NCBI GenBank assembly: GCA_016714025.1
Contig: JADJOB010000001.1
Location: 405,197 to 469,196 of the forward strand
Origin: Saprospiraceae bacterium
GTDB taxonomy: Bacteria > Bacteroidota > Bacteroidia > Chitinophagales > Saprospiraceae
Length of the DNA stretch: 64,000 nt
Direction: 5' to 3'
The notes under the pieces were generated by a model. That model had not been told where the DNA came from, searched no databases, and saw nothing but the letters and a program-made list of their open reading frames with translations. Below, one piece after another: positions 56,564 to 64,000 of the stretch. The translations under genes were made by a program, and so were the position numbers. Position 1 is the stretch's first letter. Each line of letters opens with the position of its first letter.

Positions 56564-57630
56564 ATGAGCTATTCTAAAAAACGATCTTAATAACCGGAGG
56601 TGCAGGATTTATTGGTTCGCATTTGGTGCGACGTTTTGTTAACACATATCCTGAATATACCATTTACAATTTAGACGTATTGAGTTATGCCGGAAATCTT
56701 GAAAATTTAAAAGACATCCAGCATGCTTCCAATTACCATTTTGTAAAAGCAGATATTGTTGATTTTGATAATTTAAAAACTTTATTTGAATCCATACAAC
56801 CGGATGCGGTAATTCATCTTGCGGCTGAATCCCATGTCGATCGTTCCATTTCGGATCCGACAGCATTTATTAAAACCAATGTGTTGGGTACACTCAATTT
56901 ATTGTTGTGCGCTAAAACCATTTGGACAGATCCAACGAAAGCAAATCGCTTTTATCATGTAAGCACGGATGAAGTATATGGCTCCCTGGGTGCGGAAGGA
57001 TATTTTACTGAAAAGACCGCTTATGATCCTCGTTCACCGTATTCTGCATCTAAAGCCGGATCAGATCATTTAGTAAGATCATTTTTTCACACCTATAAAT
57101 TTCCCGCATTAATTTCAAATTGTTCTAATAATTATGGACCCAATCAATTTCCTGAAAAACTAATTCCATTAATTATTAACAACATCCTCAATCAAAACCC
57201 ATTGCCTGTTTATGGTAAAGGAGAAAATGTCCGGGATTGGCTGTGGGTTGAAGATCATGTAGCTGCCATTGATTTAATCTTTCATCAGGGCATCCCCGGA
57301 CAGACATACAACATTGGCGGTGCATCCGAAATGAAAAACATTGACCTGGTCTTATTACTCTGTGAATTGATGGATGAAAAATTGGGCAGACCGGCTGGAA
57401 GTTCAGCAAGTCGTATTCAATTTGTAAGCGATCGCCCGGGACATGATTTGCGCTATGCGATTGATTTTAGTTATCTGACACACCAACTCGGTTGGCAGCC
57501 GAGCTGTTCCTTGCGGGATGGATTACAAAAAACCATTGACTGGTATTTAAACAATCCGGAATGGTTACAAAAAGTGAGTTCGGGTGATTATTTAAAATAC
57601 TATGAGCAACATTATTTGCAACGCGTTTAA
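56564..57630 (+). pseudogene. rfbB: dTDP-glucose 4,6-dehydratase with apparent 1-nt frameshift near the 5' end (or an assembly error)
   Basis: The body of the gene has 'YSASKAGSDHL' and 'NNYGPNQFPEKLIP'. The ATG at 56564 reads MSYSKKRS*. The Rossmann segment KTILITGGAGFIGSH lies in the frame of the main ORF, directly after an in-frame stop. One additional A in the A6 run (56576-56581) would fuse the two reading frames. Confidence 0.8.
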
Positions 57631-57642
57631 TAAACTCAACCA

Positions 57643-60462
57643 ATGAACCAGTTCGTGCGTTTTGATCTTTTTCTGAAAGCAGCCATCAATGCATTCCGGT
57701 TTATGACATATAGAACAATCCTATTGGGTTTTGTTTTTATTTTGGGTAATTTAACTTTTACAGCTCAGGCGCAGCAACGAAAGTTAATGGAAAATCAAGC
57801 CCTTGCTGAATTACAAAAAACCGGGATTAGCGAGCAAGAACTTCGGGACTATTTGCTGGAAAAAGGAATAGATATTGATCAGGCTAATTCCTTATCTGCT
57901 GAACAAGCCATCCAACTGCAAGCTGAAATTGAAACTGCTGTAAAAGAGTTGGAAGCAAAGAAAAAAAATGAAAACCGAACTAAAACTGCGCCCACTGCCA
58001 TTGATGATCATAAAATTCAAAATCGGATTCAGGCAAAAAACAAACAGCAAGAACCTTCAGTCATCCCAAATAAAGTTGGCGGTATTCAGTTGGATAGTTT
58101 GAAAGATCAGGAAGGAAAACTTCCAATCATAAACGATACTGTTGCAATTTGGGGTCAACATATCTTCAGAAATAAAAGTCTGGCACTCTACCGTCAGGCA
58201 AATGATATTAAACCGCCTTCATCCTATGTATTGGGAGTTGGCGATCAAATTACGGTAAGCATTTATGGCTACAGTCAATTAAATGAAACGTATGAACTCA
58301 ATGCAGAGGGTTATATTTTACCCACACGCATGCCCCGTATTTTTTTAAAAGGTGTGACGCTGGGTCGTGCAAAAACCATGTTGAATAATTATTTCAAGCG
58401 TTTTTATCGATTTACCAATAATCAATTTGATGTCAGTTTAAATTATTCCAGAACCATCAATGTCAATATTTTTGGTGAAGTATATCAATACGGCGGATTT
58501 ACTATTCCCGCCATCAATACCGCTTTTAATGCATTGATTGCTGCCGGTGGTCCGAATAATTTAGGTTCCGTGCGTCGAATTAAACTGATTCGTAATGGAA
58601 AAAGCAGTACGATAGATGTTTATAAATTCATGCAAAATCCGGGAGCTGATAAAGATTACTATCTTGAAAACAATGACATCATTCAGGTACCGGTTGCTGA
58701 TAAAGTCGTTCGAATTGAAGGCGCTATCAACCGTCCGTTTCAATATGAATTATTGGCAACAGAAGATTTAAATCATTTGATAAACTACGCCGGAGGATTT
58801 CAGGATAATGCCATTCTTAAAACCATTCAATTAGAACGAATACAGAATGATCGCAAAATAATTATTGACATCCCGTATCAGGAAATTTTAGCAAAAGGTG
58901 GTGATTTTATATTGAAAAAAGGAGATCGCTTGACCGTATTCTCCATTAAAACTCAGGTAGAAGATGTGGTTTTTGTTTCCGGTGAAGTCCGTGCTGAAGC
59001 TTCGTATCAATTAAAACCAGGTTTAAAATTATCCGATTTACTCAAACGCGTAGAATTTACTCCACAATCCAATGTACAATTTGCATTTTTAAAAAGACGC
59101 AATCCGAATTTAACCTACTCTTTGTTACGCATTGATCTTGAAGCCATTTTACGAGGAGATGCCAACGCTGATAAAGTATTGCAAGCACAAGATGTATTAA
59201 CCATTTACAAACAATCATTTTATGCAGATCGCACGCATGTAAACGTAGACGGTGCGGTTCGATTGCCCGGCAAATTTGATTTGAATCCAAATGATGATAT
59301 CCGCGTTCGGGATTTGGTATTATTGTCCGGAGGACTCAAACAGGAGGCGTTTCCTTATGCGTTTTTATTTCGAATGAAATCCAATAATACCAAAGATTAT
59401 GAAATCATTCGGATTGGCATTAAAGATGTGATGGAAAATCAGCAATCCGACCAGAATATTTTTGTAAAAGCATTTGATAGTTTGGTAGTCTTATCGCAAT
59501 CCAGTTTTACCGATCAGGCGTATGTTGAAATTTCAGGTGCTATCAAAGAACCCGGTCGATATACTTATGGTTCAGGAATGTCAGCCAATGATTTGATCAA
59601 TTTGGCAAAAGGTTTTACTTATTACGCCGCATCAAATAAAATTGATATTTTTCGAGTCGTCATCAAAAACAACGAACCAACTAAAACCATTGTAAAATCG
59701 ATTGTATCTTCCAGAGATATGGATGAACGGAATGCCTTGCCAGATTTTCAATTGGATCCTTATGATATCGTGGTGATACGCAGTCAACCCGAATTCCAAT
59801 TTCAACAAATGGTTTATCTCGAAGGAGAAGTGCGATATCCCGGACCCTATGCATTATTAAATCCCAATGAAAAAATTTCAGATATCATACAGCGAGCCGG
59901 TGGATTAACATTGGAAGCATTTCCGGAAGGGGCTACCTTGTATCGGGTTAAAGACAGCATTGGATATGTTGTTTTGGATTTAAAAGAGGCAATGAAAAAA
60001 CCGGATTCCCGATTTGATTTTATATTAAAAGAAAATGATCAGATCAATGTACCAAAACAAAAAGATCTGGTTCGAATTGCAGGAGCAACCAATGCAAAAG
60101 ATTTGTATCCTGATAAATTATTAGCCAATAACAACACGATTTCTGTTGCATATTTTGAAGGTAAAAATGCAAAATACTATGTTGATCATTATGCTGCAGG
60201 TATCTCAGGAAATGGAGATCCTAAAAAGATTACGGTAGAACATGCCAATGGAAAAATTGAACGAACCCGTCGGGTTTTATTTTTCAGAACCTATCCAAAA
60301 GTTTACAAAGGATCTGTGATCAATGTGGGTTATAAAGATGCAAAGCTTCAAAAAGAAAAGAAAGAACACAAAGATGTTGATTGGGCAAAAGTAGTTGCCG
60401 ATTCTATTGCGCAGGCAACTGCCATATTATCTTTAATATTATTAATTGACCGTTTGAATTAA
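57643..60462 (+). CDS. polysaccharide export protein (Wza-like Poly_export domain plus multiple SLBB domains)
   Basis: 939 aa. 'YVLGVGDQITVSIYG' is a Poly_export motif, SLBB-like modules repeat, and there is a C-terminal TM helix. The true start may be M21 (57703), just ahead of the signal peptide. Confidence 0.8.
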   Translation: MNQFVRFDLFLKAAINAFRFMTYRTILLGFVFILGNLTFTAQAQQRKLMENQALAELQKTGISEQELRDYLLEKGIDIDQANSLSAEQAIQLQAEIETAVKELEAKKKNENRTKTAPTAIDDHKIQNRIQAKNKQQEPSVIPNKVGGIQLDSLKDQEGKLPIINDTVAIWGQHIFRNKSLALYRQANDIKPPSSYVLGVGDQITVSIYGYSQLNETYELNAEGYILPTRMPRIFLKGVTLGRAKTMLNNYFKRFYRFTNNQFDVSLNYSRTINVNIFGEVYQYGGFTIPAINTAFNALIAAGGPNNLGSVRRIKLIRNGKSSTIDVYKFMQNPGADKDYYLENNDIIQVPVADKVVRIEGAINRPFQYELLATEDLNHLINYAGGFQDNAILKTIQLERIQNDRKIIIDIPYQEILAKGGDFILKKGDRLTVFSIKTQVEDVVFVSGEVRAEASYQLKPGLKLSDLLKRVEFTPQSNVQFAFLKRRNPNLTYSLLRIDLEAILRGDANADKVLQAQDVLTIYKQSFYADRTHVNVDGAVRLPGKFDLNPNDDIRVRDLVLLSGGLKQEAFPYAFLFRMKSNNTKDYEIIRIGIKDVMENQQSDQNIFVKAFDSLVVLSQSSFTDQAYVEISGAIKEPGRYTYGSGMSANDLINLAKGFTYYAASNKIDIFRVVIKNNEPTKTIVKSIVSSRDMDERNALPDFQLDPYDIVVIRSQPEFQFQQMVYLEGEVRYPGPYALLNPNEKISDIIQRAGGLTLEAFPEGATLYRVKDSIGYVVLDLKEAMKKPDSRFDFILKENDQINVPKQKDLVRIAGATNAKDLYPDKLLANNNTISVAYFEGKNAKYYVDHYAAGISGNGDPKKITVEHANGKIERTRRVLFFRTYPKVYKGSVINVGYKDAKLQKEKKEHKDVDWAKVVADSIAQATAILSLILLIDRLN

Positions 60463-61459
60463 TTTAAAATTGCTTGTACTCCGGGCAATTGTTTGCCTTC
60501 CAGCATTTCAAGCATCGCACCGCCACCGGTTGAAACAAAACTAACTTGATCCTGAAGTTGGTATTTATTGATGGCTGCCACTGAATCTCCACCTCCAATC
60601 AATGAATAAGCACCTTGTTGTGTTGCTTGTGCAACTGCTTCCGCAATGGTTTGGGTTCCTTTTGAAAAATGTTCCATTTCAAATACACCCATTGGACCAT
60701 TCCAGATGATGGTTTTTGAATTAAGTATAAGTTGCGTATATGTTTTAATGGTATTCGGACCAATATCCAAACCCATATAGCCATCCGGAATATTTTGATC
60801 CGCACTGATTTGAATGTTGGTATCATTAGCAAAACTTTGACCTGATACAGAATCTTCAGGCAACACCAATTGAACATTTTTTGCCTGTGCTTTTTCAATC
60901 AATGATTTTGCTAAATCCATTTTATCCAATTCGCACAAAGAATTGCCAATGCGATAGCCTAATGCATGTAAAAAAGTATAAGCCATGCCACCCCCAATTA
61001 GAATCTGATCACAAAAATCCATCAAACTGGAAATGAGTTCGATTTTATCTGAAACTTTCGCACCACCAATGATGGCCGTCATAGGACGTTGTGGATTTTG
61101 AAGCACCCGCAATCCGTTTTCAACTTCCTTTTGCATTAAAAAACCAAAGGCTTTATGTTCTTTATCAAAAAAACGGGCGATCGTTGCGGTACTGCAATGT
61201 TCCCGATGTGCCGCACCAAATGCGTCATTAATATAAAATGCACCCAGGGCTGCTAATTTGGAAGCCCAATCAACATCTCCTTTTTCTTCTTGCTTATAAA
61301 ACCGCGTGTTTTCACAGAGTAAAATTTCCCCAGATTGCAGATCTTGGATTTTTGCAAGGGTATCTGCGTCTCCGCAATCCTTTGCAAAGACCACTTTACA
61401 GTTTAGGAATCCACCCGGAGTATTACATTCCGGTCTTTTACTTGAAATGATTGCAACAT
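60459..61459 (-). pseudogene. pgk: phosphoglycerate kinase, disrupted (N-terminal 17 codons, then a frame break and about 60 codons missing)
   Basis: The ORF 60459..61394 matches PGK from about residue 88 onward. The ATG at about 61459 encodes MLQSFQVKDRNVILRVDS*, which is the PGK N-terminus up to 'RVD'. The 'FNVP...SHLGRP' segment is absent. Confidence 0.8.
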
Positions 61460-61463
61460 GGGT

Positions 61464-62461
61464 TTAACTTAAGTTTGCAAATTTAGCACACATCTCAGCG
61501 AATCGGGCTGAATAACCGGCTTCATTATCATACCAGGCGACAACTTTGACAAATTCATTGCCTACCTCTGTGAGTTGCGAATCAAAAATGGCACTGTGTG
61601 TATTGCCTATGATGTCTGAGGAAACCAAAGGAGCAGTGGCATACTCCAGAATATTTTTCAATTCATTATTGGAAGCCGCATTAAAAGTTGAATTAACCAG
61701 ATCGCGCGATACCGGTTTTTGAACTTTACAAACCAGCTCAATGATCGAACCTGTGATAATCGGTACCCGATAGGAGGAAGCCATCAGTTTCCCTTTAATG
61801 GCAGGATAAACGGCTTCAACTGCTTTTGCAGCTCCTGTGGAGGTTGGGATAATATTTTGAGCTGCAGCGCGAGCTCTTCTGAGGTCTTTGTGGGGTGCAT
61901 CCTGCAGTCGTTGATCCTGAGTATAGGAATGGATGGTATTCATGGTGGCAAACTGGATCCCAAACGCATCATCCAACACTTTTATAACGGTAGCCAGGCA
62001 ATTGGTGGTACAAGAAGCATTAGAAATAATCGTTTGATTATCAGTAATTTGATCATCGTTTACTCCTAATACATGGGTTGGAATGCTTTCATCTTTAGGC
62101 GGAGCAGAAAGTAAGACCTTTTAGCACCCGAGGTAAGGTGTGCAGCGGCTGTATCCCGGCTCAAATAGATGCCGGTACATTCCAAAACCAGATCAATTTG
62201 AAGCGAAGACCAGGGCAGTTGCAAGGGATCTTTGATCATGAACGCTTTAATTTCCTGGCCATTGATAATTAGTGCGTGGTCATTATAGTCAACGGTACCT
62301 TGAAATTTCCGGTGCGCGGTATCGTAGGTAAACAAATGAGCCAAAGTAGGGATGTCAGTTAAATCATTAATGGCCACGACCTGAACCTCCGGATTAAGTA
62401 ATAAACGCCTGAGTGTCAGCCGTCCAATTCGTCCAAAACCATTAATAGCGATGCGTTTCAT
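61464..62461 (-). pseudogene. gap: glyceraldehyde-3-phosphate dehydrogenase with 1-nt frameshift (or an assembly error)
   Basis: The N-terminal ORF (62066..62461, 'INGFGRIGR') leaves the GAPDH frame after 'TSGAK'. One extra A in 'gctaaaagg' (plus-strand T4 run, about 62119-62122) restores 'KKVLLSAP...SNASCTTNC...' and joins it to ORF 61464..61979. Confidence 0.85.
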
Positions 62462-62530
62462 GAAAATAAGATTGCGTACAAATAAAATAGAAAACGAACA
62501 AAAAGGTTCATCTAAACTAGAAAGCTTTTA

Positions 62531-62538
62531 TATATTTG
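62531..62538 (+). promoter_or_regulatory. Bacteroidota -7 promoter box (TAnnTTTG) upstream of tRNA-Glu
   Basis: 'tatatttg' lies 14 nt upstream of the tRNA 5' end. Confidence 0.5.
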
Positions 62539-62552
62539 CAGTCCTTTTTAAC

Positions 62553-62624
62553 GGCCCGTTCGTCTAGGGGTTAGGACACCAGATTTTCATTCTGGTAAGA
62601 GGGGTTCGATTCCCCTACGGGCTA
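62553..62624 (+). tRNA. tRNA-Glu(UUC): tRNA-Glu (anticodon UUC)
   Basis: It folds by hand into a cloverleaf. The acceptor stem is ggcccgt/acgggct, the anticodon stem is ccaga/tctgg with loop ttTTCat, and the T-arm is ggggttcgattcccc. No CCA is encoded. Confidence 0.9.
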
Positions 62625-62628
62625 CATA

Positions 62629-62656
62629 GAAATCCGCTTTTGGCGGATTTTTTTTT
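62629..62656 (+). terminator. intrinsic terminator after tRNA-Glu
   Basis: The hairpin is aaatccgc-ttttg-gcggattt, followed by a T-run. Confidence 0.8.
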
Positions 62657-62795
62657 GGAAGGATATTAAATTAATTTAATAAATTGCATTTAAAACTTAT
62701 TAAGAAAAAGTGAACTTTTTTGGCCTTTTCAAATTATAATTTTTATTCAATATTATAAAATTTGAATAGTTATTTTAATACTTATGAATTAATCA

Positions 62796-63305
62796 ATGCT
62801 AATTAAAGTTATCAATTATTTATTAAAAAAGGCATACCAATCTAATCGGTATTATATTAACTCAAAATTTAATAGAACATTACCTTTCAATGAATTATTA
62901 ATTGATCGTTGGGAAAAAGCAAAATTTATGGGCTTCGGTGAGGGCACTAGTATTTATGATAATTCATTAGTTTTTGGAAATGTTAAAGTTGGTAAAAATA
63001 CTTGGATTGGACCTTTTACAATACTTGATGGAACTGGAAATTTAAGCATTGGAGATAATTGTTCGATTTCAGCTTCAGTTCAAATTTACACTCATGATAC
63101 TGTTAAATGGGCAACATCTGGTGGATCTGAATTATATGAATATCTTCCAGTAAATATTGGAAATAATTGTTATATTGGACCAAATGTCGTTATATCAAAA
63201 GGTGTAACATTAGGTGATTGTTGCATAGTAGGTGCAAACAGCTTTGTTAATCAATCTTTCAATGCCAATTCCAAAATAGCAGGAAATCCAGCTAAATTAG
63301 TTTAA
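62796..63305 (+). CDS. hexapeptide-repeat (LbH) acetyl/acyltransferase
   Basis: 169 aa. Left-handed beta-helix repeats are seen in 'IGDNCSISASVQI' and 'IGNNCYIGPNVVISKGVTLGDCCIVGANSFV'. Confidence 0.8.
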   Translation: MLIKVINYLLKKAYQSNRYYINSKFNRTLPFNELLIDRWEKAKFMGFGEGTSIYDNSLVFGNVKVGKNTWIGPFTILDGTGNLSIGDNCSISASVQIYTHDTVKWATSGGSELYEYLPVNIGNNCYIGPNVVISKGVTLGDCCIVGANSFVNQSFNANSKIAGNPAKLV

Positions 63306-63313
63306 AATTTTAA

Positions 63314-64000
63314 TTGAATATAAAAATACTATACGCTCCATATAATATCGCGTCGATGCCAGCTATCACGCTAGATGAAATAAATAATAACAAATTATTT
63401 AGTGGTAAAGGAATAGCCATTTCATATCATAAATTTCAGGACTTTGGTCCAAACAAAACAAAAGTTTGGAAAATCTTTGATGTTTATACATCCTACCGAA
63501 ATCCAGTACGTTTATTAAAAAATATATTACTTTCCGAATACTATTTATGTAAAAGCATACTTTGGGCTGATATAATTATATGGCAGTGGGATGCAAGAAT
63601 ATTTTTACCTCATTATTGGTTTTTAAAAATCACAGGTAAAATCATATATATAGAATGGGTAGGAAGTGATATTCGTAAACCAAAATTACTTTCAAAAATA
63701 AATAAGTTCTATAAACAAGAGTTTGAATTAGGAACATATTCCTATTTAAATGAAAGTAATTTTAGAAGTTGGTTTAGACAAATAAAATTTAAATTTTTAA
63801 ATGCAATACCTTTACTTTGTCCTGAAATGTCCTTATACTTAGATAAGAAATTATTTCCGCAATATATTAAAACTATGCAAAGAATAAATTCTGACAAATA
63901 CATTGTAAACACCATTGAAGGTGCTAGAATTAGTGTAGTCCATGCCCCCAGTTCTATTGGAGCAAAGGGTACTTTACAAATAAGACAAATTGTAAATAAA
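63314..64000 (+). CDS. hypothetical protein, 3'-truncated by the window edge (possibly a glycosyltransferase-like enzyme)
   Basis: The frame is open from the TTG at 63314 (MNIKILYAPYNIASMP...) to the window end, 229 codons. It is not in the ORF track because no stop is reached. It lies in a glycan-gene context, and the family is not recognised with confidence. Confidence 0.5.
   Translation, partial: MNIKILYAPYNIASMPAITLDEINNNKLFSGKGIAISYHKFQDFGPNKTKVWKIFDVYTSYRNPVRLLKNILLSEYYLCKSILWADIIIWQWDARIFLPHYWFLKITGKIIYIEWVGSDIRKPKLLSKINKFYKQEFELGTYSYLNESNFRSWFRQIKFKFLNAIPLLCPEMSLYLDKKLFPQYIKTMQRINSDKYIVNTIEGARISVVHAPSSIGAKGTLQIRQIVNK

Noticed and set aside
60459-60462. Overlapping convergent stop codons (TTAA) of the Wza-like gene and pgk
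   Set aside because: This is a trivial 4-nt overlap of convergent genes with no associated structure, and is not considered functional.

Overview
This is a chromosomal segment from a Bacteroidota-type genome. The evidence is four cargo proteins with T9SS C-terminal sorting domains, TAnnTTTG-type -7 promoter boxes, an LptD/amidase divergent pair, and LytTR and LuxR two-component systems. All product calls come from motifs I recognise in the supplied ORF translations; no database search was possible.

Content from left to right:
- (1) An AT-rich accessory island (about 1-9520). It holds an edge-truncated ORF plus an alpha/beta hydrolase, then a complete type I R-M operon, hsdM-hsdS-[PHP phosphoesterase/ABC-ATPase fusion]-[small acidic ORF]-hsdR. 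Start and stop codons overlap along this operon.
- (2) Miscellaneous small enzymes and membrane proteins (9.7-17.8 kb).
- (3) T9SS-secreted hydrolases and a propeller-LytS/LytTR two-component pair (17.9-26.9 kb).
- (4) Envelope and housekeeping genes: MlaD-like, amidase, LptD-like, flippase, aminotransferase, acyltransferase, miaA, M43 protease, a coiled-coil lipoprotein and valS.
- (5) A small AT-rich cassette (46.5-49.5 kb): two unknown small proteins, a polytopic membrane protein, a HisKA_3 kinase and a LuxR-type regulator. Repeat-laden intergenic DNA lies on both sides.
- (6) LPS and polysaccharide genes (heptose kinase, waaA, UDP-xylose synthase, rfbB, a Wza-like exporter), then pgk, gap, tRNA-Glu and the start of a low-GC glycan locus.

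The best candidate for an undescribed system is the PHP/ABC-ATPase gene and its small partner. They sit in the position that prrC occupies in the EcoprrI type I R-M locus.

Other notable observations:
- Arrays with a 7-8 nt period recur in at least five intergenic regions. A conserved core of about 26 bp occurs at two distant loci, and a degenerate third copy lies next to the first.
- rfbB, gap and pgk all appear disrupted. rfbB and gap each lack one base in a homopolymer. pgk has a 1-nt frame break and also lacks about 60 codons.
- No transposase, integrase, CRISPR array or rRNA was seen.
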